From: Myxococcales bacterium
GTDB lineage: Bacteria > Myxococcota > UBA727 > JABDBI01
Direction of reading: 5' to 3'
Assembly: GCA_023898405.1 (NCBI GenBank)
Contig: CP060221.1
Span: 4,958-68,957 of the forward strand
Length of the DNA: 64,000 nt
In this document: positions 20,983 to 31,129 of the stretch, in pieces
How the letters are laid out: each line of letters begins with the position of its first letter
Numbering within the stretch: position 1 is the stretch's first letter
Translations under genes and position numbers: made by a program
The notes under the pieces: model-generated
Told to the model about the DNA's origin: nothing
The model's input: only the letters and a program-made list of their open reading frames with translations
Databases searched by the model: none

Positions 20983-21460
20983 GGTCTTTCTCCTCGTTTT
21001 TTTTTGTTTTTAGAATGGCGCTTATTTTTTCAGGTGTGAGATGGGTATGAAGCTCATCATTCACCATCATCGCTGGACCTTTATCGCATGTCCCCAGGCA
21101 TTGAGCGGGCAAGAGTGTATACTCATTATTTTTGCACGTTTCGCCCCAGTCAATACCAAGTTCTTTTTTTATGCACTGACGAACTTTTTCATAGCCCATG
21201 ATCCAGCAGCTTACGCTGTCGCACAGACGTATCACTTTTTTGCCAACAGGTTTGCGATAAATAAGATTATAAAAAGTGGCGATACCATCGAGTTCGGTGG
21301 CTGACATTCCAATATAATCCGCAACGTCTCTTAAGGCCTCATCGCTGACATAGCTCCGGTGGCGTTGTACCACCAACAAAGCATCTAAACACGCACTTTT
21401 GCGCACGGGAAACTTAGCTATTTCAAGATCTATTTCAGCTATTTCAAGCTTACTAAGCAC
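20933..21460 (-). CDS. nuoE: NADH-quinone oxidoreductase subunit E (2Fe-2S thioredoxin-like)
   Basis: Cysteine pattern LCDSVSC...CLGTCDKGP; overlaps nuoF by 50 bp. Confidence 0.85.
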   Translation of the reverse strand: MLSKLEIAEIDLEIAKFPVRKSACLDALLVVQRHRSYVSDEALRDVADYIGMSATELDGIATFYNLIYRKPVGKKVIRLCDSVSCWIMGYEKVRQCIKKELGIDWGETCKNNEYTLLPAQCLGTCDKGPAMMVNDELHTHLTPEKISAILKTKKNEEKDREESSHRTHEHQWSTP

Positions 21461-21471
21461 AATATTCTCCC

Positions 21472-23211
21472 CTAGCGATCCAGGTCAGCAAGAACAAAGT
21501 CCACGCTTCCCAAAATGGCCATTAAGTCTGGAATAGTCGTTCCTTTGGCAAGCAAAGGAAGCATCTGTAAGTGAGCGAAAGATGGAGTCCGAATACGAGT
21601 GCGGTAGGATCGATTGCTGCCGTCACTGATCAAATAGTAGCTATTGATACCTTTGGTCGCTTCAATGCCAAAAAAAGATTCACCGGCAGGCATCACAGGT
21701 CCCCATGAAACATTCAAAAAATGCTGAATCATTGTTTCAATATTTGCCAGAGTTTCTGCTTTGTTTGGCGGGGTTGTCAGGGGATGATTCGATTTAGTTG
21801 GACCATTAGGCATTTTTTTTACGCATTGCTCGATAATACGCAAACTCTGGCGCATCTCTTCAATGCGCACCAAACCTCTATCGTAGCAATCGCCATTTTT
21901 AGCGGTAGGAATATCGAAATTAAATTGTTCGTATCCCGAGTAAGGGCGTTTTTTTCGTAAATCCCATTCAAGGCCAGTTGCTCTTAGTCCAGCCCCGCTT
22001 ATTCCCCATTCTATCGCTTCTGATAAAGAGTAAGCTCCAATTCCAATAGTGCGTGCCTTAAAAATGCTATTTTCCATGACCAATCGATCATATTCTTTAA
22101 GCTTGCTTGGGAAATTTTTTGTAAAATCTAAGACTGCATTTTCCCATCCTTGCGGCAAGTCGTGCGCAACACCGCCAATACGAAACCAGCTTGGATGCAT
22201 ACGGCCACCAGTTATCCCCTCGACAATGCGAAATATTTTTTCACGTTCATTAAACATGTAAAAAATTGGAGAGAGAGAGCCTATATCCTGAGCAAAAGTG
22301 CCGTACCAAACTAAGTGACTGGCAATGCGAAAAAGTTCGCACATCATGACTCTGATAGTTTGAGCTTTTGGAGGAACATCTATGCCAGCCAGTTGTTCAA
22401 CAGCCAACAGATAAGCAAGATTATTCATAACCCCACCGAGATAGTCGATTCTATCAGTGTAAGGGATATAGCTATGCCAATTTTGTCGTTCGCCCATTTT
22501 TTCAGCGCCACGATGATGAAAGCCTATATCCAGCACTGAATCAACAATTTCTTCGCCATCAAGCTGCAAAATAATGCGTAAGACTCCATGAGTGCCAGGA
22601 TGCTGAGGACCTAAGTTTAAAAAGATATATTCATGATCATCATCTTTTCTTTTAAGTCCCCATTCTTCAGGTTTAAATTCTAATAGATCTTGCTCTGCTT
22701 GTTCTTGATCTTCATCGAGGTGGTAAAGACCCATTTCTGTTGCGCGAGCAGGGTGCACTTTGCGTAAAGGGTGACCTTTCCAAGAACGAGGCATGAGAAG
22801 GCGCATAAGGTGAGGGTGACCTATAAAGCTGACACCGAACATGTCAAAAATTTCTCGTTCGTACCAGTTAGCATTTTTGAAGAGCTCAGTCACGCTTTCT
22901 ACGCTGAGTTGGCTATCCTTAAGCGCAACCTTAAGACGAATATCTTCGTTTCGTGCCAACGACAAAAGATGATAGACCAAAGTAACATCCGAATTGGGTT
23001 GAGCATCACAGTGTTCTCGTTCAGTTTCATCGATAGCGGTCAGATCATATAACATAGAAAAAGGTTGAGGCACATTTTTTAGGTAGCTAAGAATAGTTTT
23101 AATTTTTGAGCCTTCGATCCAAACTGTAGGGATGAGATCATTGCTCCTTTGCTGTCCCTTGATTGCCTCGGGAAACTTATTTTTCAGGCTCGAAACAATA
23201 GCTTCGTTCAT
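21472..23211 (-). CDS. nuoCD: fused NADH-quinone oxidoreductase subunits C and D (579 aa)
   Basis: N-terminal 30-kDa NuoC-like region ([14 protein letters not shown]) continuous with a 49-kDa NuoD-like region ending ...VLADLDR. Confidence 0.9.
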   Translation of the reverse strand: MNEAIVSSLKNKFPEAIKGQQRSNDLIPTVWIEGSKIKTILSYLKNVPQPFSMLYDLTAIDETEREHCDAQPNSDVTLVYHLLSLARNEDIRLKVALKDSQLSVESVTELFKNANWYEREIFDMFGVSFIGHPHLMRLLMPRSWKGHPLRKVHPARATEMGLYHLDEDQEQAEQDLLEFKPEEWGLKRKDDDHEYIFLNLGPQHPGTHGVLRIILQLDGEEIVDSVLDIGFHHRGAEKMGERQNWHSYIPYTDRIDYLGGVMNNLAYLLAVEQLAGIDVPPKAQTIRVMMCELFRIASHLVWYGTFAQDIGSLSPIFYMFNEREKIFRIVEGITGGRMHPSWFRIGGVAHDLPQGWENAVLDFTKNFPSKLKEYDRLVMENSIFKARTIGIGAYSLSEAIEWGISGAGLRATGLEWDLRKKRPYSGYEQFNFDIPTAKNGDCYDRGLVRIEEMRQSLRIIEQCVKKMPNGPTKSNHPLTTPPNKAETLANIETMIQHFLNVSWGPVMPAGESFFGIEATKGINSYYLISDGSNRSYRTRIRTPSFAHLQMLPLLAKGTTIPDLMAILGSVDFVLADLDR

Positions 23212-23221
23212 GATTCACTCG

Positions 23222-23845
23222 CTACATGTGGTTGGGTTCATCGTAGGTTTGGACTGCTTTTCTTGTCTCGCCTTTAATTTTACGCATAGAAAGAGGAGTG
23301 GGTTTACTTACGTCTTGTGAACCTCCCAACCAGGAAATAGGGCGCCTTTCCTTACCAATGGATTCACGCAAGAGCAAAATACCCTCCATAAATGCTTCGG
23401 GCCGAGGAGGACAACCTGAAATGTAGAGATCAACAGGTAAAATTTTATCGACTCCTTGAACAACGCTATAGATATCGTACATTCCGCCCGAGTTTGCGCA
23501 TGATCCCATGGATATCACCCATTTTGGTTCCATCATTTGTTCATAAAGCCGTTTTACTATGGGAGCCATTTTTCTAAACACGGTTCCGGCTACCACCATG
23601 ACGTCAGCTTCTCGAGGAGTTCCTCTTATAACTTCCGAACCAAATCGCGCAACATCATATGTGCTGGTAAGACTGGTTGCCATTTCGACGTAGCAACAAC
23701 TTAAGCCAAAATTAAAGGGCCAAACAGAATTTTTTCTTCCCCATGAGATCAGATCTTGAAGACGAGAAAATAAAAAAGTCTGAGCCTCATTCGGGCCAAG
23801 CTGCCCTTTAAGCCATTGTTCGGGGGTTTTAGTAATTAGAGTCAT
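23222..23845 (-). CDS. nuoB: NADH-quinone oxidoreductase subunit B (20-kDa, 4Fe-4S N2)
   Basis: [21 protein letters not shown] and [10 protein letters not shown]...CPP motifs. Start placed at internal Met MTLITK, because the longer ORF has an unlikely Cys/Arg-rich leader and would overlap nuoA. Confidence 0.85.
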   Translation of the reverse strand: MTLITKTPEQWLKGQLGPNEAQTFLFSRLQDLISWGRKNSVWPFNFGLSCCYVEMATSLTSTYDVARFGSEVIRGTPREADVMVVAGTVFRKMAPIVKRLYEQMMEPKWVISMGSCANSGGMYDIYSVVQGVDKILPVDLYISGCPPRPEAFMEGILLLRESIGKERRPISWLGGSQDVSKPTPLSMRKIKGETRKAVQTYDEPNHM

Positions 23846-24213
23846 GATCGAGCACCACCTGCCACGCGAGGACGAGGACCAAATCTCAATACGCCTTTGG
23901 CTATGACATAATAAAGAGAAAGCAGCAACATGCTGATGAATACAGAAATTTCTATAAATCCTAACCAACCGACGTCGACAACAGAAGTGGCCCACAAATA
24001 AATGAAAGCTGATTCAAGATCGAAAACAACAAATAAAATTGCTACCAAAAAGTATTGTGCAAAGAAGTGTACACGCGCAGTGCCCGCAGATTTAATACCG
24101 CCTTCATAGGGAGTTCGTTTTCGTGGATTGGTGCTACGTTCTCCTAAAAAATAAGATGAGAGCATTACCAAGACAACAGTTATGACGCCAAAACAATAAA
24201 TCGCCAAAGACAT
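23842..24213 (-). CDS. nuoA: NADH-quinone oxidoreductase subunit A
   Basis: 123-aa three-TM protein; first gene of the operon; ATGA overlap with nuoB. Confidence 0.85.
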   Translation of the reverse strand: MSLAIYCFGVITVVLVMLSSYFLGERSTNPRKRTPYEGGIKSAGTARVHFFAQYFLVAILFVVFDLESAFIYLWATSVVDVGWLGFIEISVFISMLLLSLYYVIAKGVLRFGPRPRVAGGARS

Positions 24214-24395
24214 GAGTGAACTCCGGGGTATCTAAAGCCGATCACTTTACCAATAGTACAGCACAGTAGAGCAGCAACAGCGGTTGTGTTTAATTTATTC
24301 AGATTTTTATTTGGAAAATGAGCTTATAAGCCTATGAAAACTTGATTTATTATGGAGAAAATAATTCAGCAGGTGAGAGAATATTTTTTGAACTA

Positions 24396-25652
24396 TTACA
24401 TGCTTTTTATTGCGGGCCTTCTGAGTGAGGCTATGTATATTACTCCGGCTGCAAAAATACTAAAAAAACTTCCCATCAAGAAGGTGGCCGATAAACCAAA
24501 GCGATGAGATAGATTTCCTGCTATAGTATTAGCCAAAAATAATGCTACGCCGCTGATTACAAAAAATAATGAATAGGCAGTTCCTCTAAGTTTTGCTGGG
24601 GTTGCCTGGGCGATCATGGCTTTAAGCAATCCTTGTGTAGCTCCCATATGTAGTCCCACCAAAATGACACCTATGATTGTGCCAGCTATGGAACTTACAT
24701 AAGATAGGAATGCCTGTGCCGTAAACATGAGCACAAGACCCGCCGATAACATCATGCTGCGAGAAATTTTATCAGCATATTTTCCACAAGGAATGGCTAC
24801 ACCAGCATGTACAAGATCCATCACGATGATCATCATGGGCAAATAAGCTACCGACCAGCCAACTTCTTTTGCCTTTAATGTTAGAAAAGCTTCGCTAAAG
24901 CGTCCAAGCATAAGAAAGAAAAAGGCCAGCATGAGCCACCAAAAAATAGGAGAAAATTCTTTGATGTCGGTGAGCTCAACTTTTTTCCGATGGTACCTAG
25001 TATCAGCTCTTGGGTGAGAGTTAGGATTAGGTTTGATCCACAAAAATAAAATTAACAAAGCCAAACTTGCAGGAATGGCAGACAAAGCAAAGACCAAACG
25101 ATAATTGTTGTTGGAGCTCAACATGAGCAACATTGCCGCTAAAGCTCCGACTACCTGACCAAGAGTATAGAGCGCCTCGCGAAAGCCAAAATTAGTGGCA
25201 TAAAATCCACGTTCACTGAGATCTGCGATCAAAGCATCTGTGGGAGCTGAGCGAATACCTTTGCTGAGTCGATCGATAAACCTCAATCCAAAAACCATTC
25301 CTGTAGTAGTTGATAAGGCAAAAATTGGCTTTACCATGGCGGTAAGTGCAGCTCCTAACAAGATCAGTGGCTTTCTCTTACGCATGACATCGCTTAAGAA
25401 ACCAGAAAAAAATTTAGCCAAAAAAGAAGAAGAAATAGCAATTCCTTCGATCAACCCAATATCATGATGCCCGGTCTTAAGTTCATCAACCAAGAAAGCC
25501 GGTAATAAACTAAAAACCATGAGTGTTGACATTGACCAAAAGAAACTCATCCAAGCAATGCCCTGAATGTTTTTGTGATCGCTTTTGCTATGGTTTTTAG
25601 CGGTGGGCATGTTCATATTTTTGGCATTCACCCTTGTCCCCAATCTATTCAT
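24396..25652 (-). CDS. major facilitator superfamily (MFS) transporter
   Basis: 12-TM-like hydrophobic pattern; MFS motif-like GLRFIDRLSKGIRSAPTDALIADL. Start uncertain (internal Met chosen); the 99-aa N-terminal extension of the longest ORF is implausible. Confidence 0.65.
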   Translation of the reverse strand: MNRLGTRVNAKNMNMPTAKNHSKSDHKNIQGIAWMSFFWSMSTLMVFSLLPAFLVDELKTGHHDIGLIEGIAISSSFLAKFFSGFLSDVMRKRKPLILLGAALTAMVKPIFALSTTTGMVFGLRFIDRLSKGIRSAPTDALIADLSERGFYATNFGFREALYTLGQVVGALAAMLLMLSSNNNYRLVFALSAIPASLALLILFLWIKPNPNSHPRADTRYHRKKVELTDIKEFSPIFWWLMLAFFFLMLGRFSEAFLTLKAKEVGWSVAYLPMMIIVMDLVHAGVAIPCGKYADKISRSMMLSAGLVLMFTAQAFLSYVSSIAGTIIGVILVGLHMGATQGLLKAMIAQATPAKLRGTAYSLFFVISGVALFLANTIAGNLSHRFGLSATFLMGSFFSIFAAGVIYIASLRRPAIKSM

Positions 25653-25785
25653 AAAAACTTCTTGCCGTAGTTTTCGGCAATTGCCAAAGGAGGGGTGCCA
25701 AAAATGCATTATTGTATTAAAAAAGCTACAAAATCGGAGTGTTGGCTTTGTTCGTTGTGTGGTGAATTTATTTTTATTATAATTT

Positions 25786-26847
25786 TTGAGCCATGGAGAA
25801 TTTATGGAAATAGCAAGCAGGCGGCGCGAACAAGAAGTGTGGCAAGCGTGTGATGACTTGTGGGCATTACATGGAAGTATGGATGGTATTACCGGCGAAG
25901 CTATTCGCGAGCGCTTGTTGGGGATGGGAAAGAGTCGTGGCAGTCCCAATGAAATCTATAAATATCGTAAAACATGGACAGTGAGCCGAAAAATTGGGCG
26001 AGAAAATACTGGTGACTGTAGTGCTAATTCTGATCCAATTTCGCGCGCAGTTCGTATGGTGCATGAAAAAATTCAGAGCGAAACTCAAGAAGAAATTGAA
26101 AAGATAAAACTAGAATTTAATGAAGAATTACTCACAAAAGACAAAGAAATAGAACAGGGCAAGAAAAATATAGAGGCTCTTGTTCATGAAATGACATCGC
26201 TACAAAGCGAGTTTTCCCAGCTGAGTCAACAACATCAAGCACTAAATGAACAATATCAACGAGAAATAAAGACAAGAAAAGATCTTGAACATGATTTTTT
26301 AATTTTCAAATCTCAGCATGCACAAGAAATAAGCTCCCACGAGCGAATAATGGCCGAATTTTACAAAAATCAAAAGTACACTTTGGAGCAGACCAAAAAT
26401 GCATTTGATAATGCTCAAAATACTCTACAAGCACAACTGATACGCGCCAATGAAGAAAAAAAACAGCTGGGACAAGAATATTCTGAAAGTCTCAATGCTG
26501 TAAAAATTGAGAAATATAATCAAGATGTAAAACTAGGCGAACTAGAACATCAGCTTACATATCTGAAAGATACGCTTGAAATTTCCCAACAAAAAATAAT
26601 TGAACAAGATACAAAATTTAAGACGGTATTGGAAGAGAGCCTCAAACTTCATAAAGAAAGAGATGCATTGCGTGAAAAATTAGCTTTTGTACAAAACGAG
26701 CTTTTTATTGTTCATAATCAACTAAGTGAACTGAAAATAGAAATTGTCAAACGTGATGTTACGATAGCTCGTTTGCGAGCACTGCAGGCACATAGTAGAG
26801 GAAAGACCAATGGAGCATCTAGAGAAAGGCCAGCTGCAAAAACTTAG
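25786..26847 (+). CDS. KfrA-like protein: N-terminal KfrA_N-type DNA-binding domain followed by a long coiled coil
   Basis: N-terminus EVWQACDDLWALHG...TGEAIRERLLGMGKSRGSPNEIYKYRKTW resembles plasmid KfrA N-domain; residues from about 100 to 340 are heptad-rich with E/K/Q/L. Confidence 0.55.
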   Translation: MSHGEFMEIASRRREQEVWQACDDLWALHGSMDGITGEAIRERLLGMGKSRGSPNEIYKYRKTWTVSRKIGRENTGDCSANSDPISRAVRMVHEKIQSETQEEIEKIKLEFNEELLTKDKEIEQGKKNIEALVHEMTSLQSEFSQLSQQHQALNEQYQREIKTRKDLEHDFLIFKSQHAQEISSHERIMAEFYKNQKYTLEQTKNAFDNAQNTLQAQLIRANEEKKQLGQEYSESLNAVKIEKYNQDVKLGELEHQLTYLKDTLEISQQKIIEQDTKFKTVLEESLKLHKERDALREKLAFVQNELFIVHNQLSELKIEIVKRDVTIARLRALQAHSRGKTNGASRERPAAKT

Positions 26848-27937
26848 GTCGAATCTTATCCAAAATGAAAAGTCTGATTGCCGCATTAGAGCTCGCAACG
26901 ATGTTGAAGCATTTGAACGATGGCTCGACGAGTATTTTGAAAAACCCACCACCTACCGTAGTTATAAGAAAGAAGGAGAAAGGTTTTTGGTGTGGTGTGC
27001 GCTTGAAAGAAACTGCACGCTCGAGACGCTCAGCAGAGACGATGTTGAAGCCTACATTTCATTTTTAAAAAACCCTCAACCCTTTGAAAAATGGTGTGGT
27101 CCTAAGGGAGGGCGTTCTCATAAGGGTATTTGGAAACCATTTAGTGGTCCACTAGGTGAGAGTGCTATTCGCTGTGCGCTTGCTATTCTCAACTCTATGA
27201 TGGGTTATTTGGTGGATGCAGGTTATGTTTCTTTTAATGCTTTTGCCCTCATACGAAGAAAAAGTAGGCTTAAAGAAAAATTGGTCAGTAATCGCTTTTC
27301 TATTGAGGAGCGAATCTTAAGCCAAGAAGAATGGCGGGTGTTTCTTCAAACGATGCGCGATTATCCGGAAAATAATTCTCATGAAGTGAAAAAAAAACAA
27401 AGGCTAATTTTTTTAGTTACAATTCTTTATTTTTTGGGTTTACGGATCGATGAATTAGCCCAATCAACATGGGCAAATTTTCGTCAGCTCAATGGTAAAT
27501 GGTGGTTTTTTGTACGAGGGAAAGGCGATAAGCTGGGCAAAATTCCTATCAATCGAAATCTTTGGCAGGCAGTTATAAAATTCAGGCTGAGCCTTGCTAT
27601 GTCACCCATACCCCACGAAGAAGATTATCTGCCTATAATTCCCTCATTAAGCTCGCCACAAAAAACACTCACGACCAGGCAAATGAGCAATTTGCTTAAA
27701 GAACTAGCACTCAAAGCGGCTTTGCAATTGAAGGGAAACCCACATAGCGCCAAAAAAATGGAAAAATTTTCCCCGCACTGGTTAAGACATTTATCGGCAT
27801 CGAGGCAGGATTTGGCTGGTGTTTCATTTACCCACATTAAAGAAAACCTTCGGCACTCAAACGAACAAACGACCAGACACTATGTCCACGCTTTTGATGA
27901 TAAGCGCCATGAAGAAATGGAAAAATTTAATTTTTAA
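26810..27937 (+). CDS. tyrosine site-specific recombinase (phage-integrase family)
   Basis: N-terminal SAM-like domain; catalytic box LGLRIDEL (R), KGDKLGKIPIN (K), HWLRHLSAS (HxxR), LRHSNEQTTRHYVH (Tyr nucleophile). Confidence 0.8.
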   Translation: MEHLEKGQLQKLRSNLIQNEKSDCRIRARNDVEAFERWLDEYFEKPTTYRSYKKEGERFLVWCALERNCTLETLSRDDVEAYISFLKNPQPFEKWCGPKGGRSHKGIWKPFSGPLGESAIRCALAILNSMMGYLVDAGYVSFNAFALIRRKSRLKEKLVSNRFSIEERILSQEEWRVFLQTMRDYPENNSHEVKKKQRLIFLVTILYFLGLRIDELAQSTWANFRQLNGKWWFFVRGKGDKLGKIPINRNLWQAVIKFRLSLAMSPIPHEEDYLPIIPSLSSPQKTLTTRQMSNLLKELALKAALQLKGNPHSAKKMEKFSPHWLRHLSASRQDLAGVSFTHIKENLRHSNEQTTRHYVHAFDDKRHEEMEKFNF

Positions 27938-27996
27938 AAAAATTTAATCGTTTTGGACTTTTTCGTCACCAATACACACAGACGAACGAGGACCAG

Positions 27997-28929
27997 ATGA
28001 AAAGAATTTTATCCTATTTAACTTTATGTGTAGCGCTGTCACCGGTTCTGCATGCTCAAGAAGAGGCAGTCTCAAAATTAGAAAAACCTTATTTGGGTGC
28101 AGAAATCTCTGTGAATCAAGCGGTGGCTCCCGGTGCAATTTCAAGTCGCTTTGGTGAAAGTCGATCATTAACTAGCGATTTACTTTTGAAACCTACACTG
28201 AAGAGCAAAGAATTTTGGGGCGACCGTTACCTTAAAGCCGATTTAGAATTTTATTCTATTTTTGAATGGATGCCCAAAAATACCGCTAAAGCAGGAGAAA
28301 AACTGAGTTTTAACGACGTGAAATTTAGAACACAGCTGAAAAATGCCGTAAATCACCAAGCATCAGGAATTTCCTATGCTCCTGGGGTTGAAGTGGAAAT
28401 ACCCGCATCAAAAACTTCTTCAGTCAGCAATCGTATCATTGGGCTTGGACTGAATTCTGCTTTGTCATGGAGCAAATGGGGACTAACTCTAAGTTATAAA
28501 CCAACAGCAGTGGCATATATTCACTCGCTTCCCTATAAAAGTTCCGCCTGCTCACCTGATAGTTCCGCCGAAGATAAATTAAGTGGAAATCAATGTCGTG
28601 TCGATGGACGGCAGACAATGCTGATGTTGAAGAATCAATTATCTGCTGAATATACTTTAGGGGCAAACGTTTTTACGCTGGCCTTCAAAACCTATCACAA
28701 TTTTCTCAGACCGAATGAAGAAGCACAAAAGTACACAGAATCAACTTTAGCCTATCTTGAATATGGCTATAAATTACCCACAAGTTTTGAGACGATACTA
28801 AAGTTGGGAATTACCAGCTACAATCCCGCTTATGATCCTGCCAATGGTTTTAAAGTGCCCTTCGTATCTACTAATGTCGGTGCATCAAACTTCACCAATA
28901 TCTATGCGGGGGTGGATATAACTTTGTAA
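27997..28929 (+). CDS. hypothetical outer-membrane (beta-barrel-like) protein with signal peptide
   Basis: Signal MKRILSYLTLCVALSPVLHAQ; alternating amphipathic segments; aromatic-rich C-terminal strands. Confidence 0.4.
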   Translation: MKRILSYLTLCVALSPVLHAQEEAVSKLEKPYLGAEISVNQAVAPGAISSRFGESRSLTSDLLLKPTLKSKEFWGDRYLKADLEFYSIFEWMPKNTAKAGEKLSFNDVKFRTQLKNAVNHQASGISYAPGVEVEIPASKTSSVSNRIIGLGLNSALSWSKWGLTLSYKPTAVAYIHSLPYKSSACSPDSSAEDKLSGNQCRVDGRQTMLMLKNQLSAEYTLGANVFTLAFKTYHNFLRPNEEAQKYTESTLAYLEYGYKLPTSFETILKLGITSYNPAYDPANGFKVPFVSTNVGASNFTNIYAGVDITL

Positions 28930-29129
28930 AAAAGATTCTACGTCGTTACTGAGCCAGAGCCTATAAGAATTTTTAACAATGGTATTTAAAATTCCATATA
29001 GGCTCCTGGGCACCGGTGTGCTCTTCATTATATTTTCATGCATAGTCATTGACCTGTATTGAAATAATAGTTATGCCAATCCGATAAATCACTAGTATTG
29101 TATGTTTTAGCTAATGTTGGAGTGTATTT

Positions 29130-30428
29130 ATGATTGTAAGGATAATTGTTTTCTTTTTATGTCGCAGTTTGTTTTCGTTGAACATGTTTGAGCAAGGTGA
29201 AGAGATTCAGAGAAATGAGCTCATAAGCGAAATTATTATTCCGGATACTGAAAACGATGAGAATAGAGCTCAAGAAATTAATCTAGAACAAAATCTAGCC
29301 GATGCAGGTATCGAGGCTGAAAACGAAAATTTAAGAAATATCATCACTTCAAGGAGGATTGTTCAAGAAAATAGATCTGAAGTTGGAACTGTTGAACAAA
29401 TACTTCCAGAAGTAAGTGCAATGGGTGACTTTAATAATGATAATGCCAAAAATAACGAAAAGACGTCAGAAAATACCAACGAAAAGATAGTAAGGATTTT
29501 TCGCGTTAACCAAGGCTCTAATCATGGTGAAGTGTTTGGTTCACGAATTTTTATGGGAAAAGGTAAGATGTTGGGTCTTCCCAATGAAATTTGGGCGGAA
29601 ATTGCTTCCTATCTAGATCTAAAAGACCTAGCAAATTTCAGACTGGTTTGCCATGACACCAATGATGTGGTTTCGTTCGCAGGCAAGCTGCAGGATTCCT
29701 GGCTGCATTCGAATAGGTTTTATGAACATTTGGCTTACCTAAGAAAGTTGACCGGTTTTATAAAAATAAGTGAAAATTTAGCGGTGTCACATGTGGATAA
29801 AAAGTTTGTGAAAATTTGGTATAGATCAGATGATAGTTCTTCTTATTCGCTGTTAGAAACAATAGATCTCAGTGAAGCCGTCAAGGTGGGCTCGTCTGAC
29901 AGAATTAAACCTTTGGAGGGTAGCAATTTCTATTTATGTTCTTATGAGCACAACGACGATACCTTCGGTGTGTCCACCGATGATGAAGTAGGTGCGTATG
30001 TTTTTAAGCTTGAGGAAAAAGGATTTACATGTGCCTATGTGGCAGATGAAAAATTGGAGAACCTTAAGATTAACTGCTCTAGTGCGGATATACTTTCCTT
30101 TGCTTTGATGATTAATCTAGGGCCAGAGAAGGTGTGTTGCAAGGAAGATATGCTGCTCATTTTTGAATCCTTAGTGGAAAAGTATCAGCCAACAAGTAAA
30201 AAAGCCCAAGAAGTATTGTTGTCACTAATTATAGCGGCAGAATTAAACAAAGAAGTTGCTGACCGAAAGCTATTACTATCCGCGTGTCAGGCCCTACATG
30301 AAGTAGGCGAAAAACGCTGTAGTGAAAATAAATCAATTAAAGGGTTGCTGTCTGATGTCACTAAAGAAGACTTTCTCGACTGCAATTCAAAAATAAAAAA
30401 ACAACACAACACATGCGCATTGTTGTAA
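29130..30428 (+). CDS. F-box domain protein (eukaryote-like; candidate host-targeting effector)
   Basis: aa 148-178, LGLPNEIWAEIASYLDLKDLANFRLVCHDTN, matches the F-box consensus LPxEIxxxIxxxLxxxDLxxxxxVC; GGAG RBS 9 nt upstream of ATG; acidic low-complexity N-terminal region. Confidence 0.7.
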   Translation: MIVRIIVFFLCRSLFSLNMFEQGEEIQRNELISEIIIPDTENDENRAQEINLEQNLADAGIEAENENLRNIITSRRIVQENRSEVGTVEQILPEVSAMGDFNNDNAKNNEKTSENTNEKIVRIFRVNQGSNHGEVFGSRIFMGKGKMLGLPNEIWAEIASYLDLKDLANFRLVCHDTNDVVSFAGKLQDSWLHSNRFYEHLAYLRKLTGFIKISENLAVSHVDKKFVKIWYRSDDSSSYSLLETIDLSEAVKVGSSDRIKPLEGSNFYLCSYEHNDDTFGVSTDDEVGAYVFKLEEKGFTCAYVADEKLENLKINCSSADILSFALMINLGPEKVCCKEDMLLIFESLVEKYQPTSKKAQEVLLSLIIAAELNKEVADRKLLLSACQALHEVGEKRCSENKSIKGLLSDVTKEDFLDCNSKIKKQHNTCALL

Positions 30429-30751
30429 GCAGCACTTATCAAGCTAGTGCCCTTATATCAAGCTAGGTCAAGCATCAATTGCTCTGTCATGTCGATATTG
30501 AATGTCCCATGTGGATAACGTGGGCATAAATTAGAGGAGACAGAGCCCGTTTTTCACTCGGTAGTGCAAAATTTAGCTGTATCACTCAGCTATTCCCAAA
30601 AACAATTCACACAGTGTTATACCAAAAAGTTTTGAAATCAAAATCATCGCTTTTATCATTGCACACTCTATAAATCTGCTCCTTTTTTATTTTTTCAAAC
30701 AACCATTAGAAGTATTAAACGATAACTCCACCAAAGTATCGGAGTAGTTTT

Positions 30752-31129
30752 ATGCAGTATTTATTTTTTATTTTGTTTTTATTTGCCCAATCTCTTTTTG
30801 CTATTGAAAGTATAAAAATTGACTTTGAAGATTATGCTACCGAAATTTTTTTTACTCACGATGCACAAGACTCATTTAGAGGCAGCATAGTAAATAAAAC
30901 GGATATCTTTGGAGTATGTGAGGGTAATTTTTTCTATGATCTTAAAAATGGAAAGCTTGAGCTTACATATAATGATGATGAGTGTCTGTCGCAAAACCTC
31001 ACTCTTTTTTTCGACTTTATCTTGTTAAAGAAAATTACCAACGGCATTAGAACGCGCGTATTTTATAAGCGTGGGGATGACAGACACACCCTAAAACAGG
31101 CCTACATGCAAATTTCTATGTTGTTGTGA
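30752..31129 (+). CDS. small hypothetical exported protein (125 aa)
   Basis: Signal peptide MQYLFFILFLFAQSLFA; 3' end overlaps acs stop by 14 bp (convergent). Confidence 0.35.
   Translation: MQYLFFILFLFAQSLFAIESIKIDFEDYATEIFFTHDAQDSFRGSIVNKTDIFGVCEGNFFYDLKNGKLELTYNDDECLSQNLTLFFDFILLKKITNGIRTRVFYKRGDDRHTLKQAYMQISMLL

Noticed and set aside
30510-30518. Perfect DnaA-box 9-mer TGTGGATAA in intergenic region
   Set aside because: Single copy; a 9-mer is expected by chance at roughly this frequency in 64 kb; no cluster, no AT-rich DUE, wrong context for oriC
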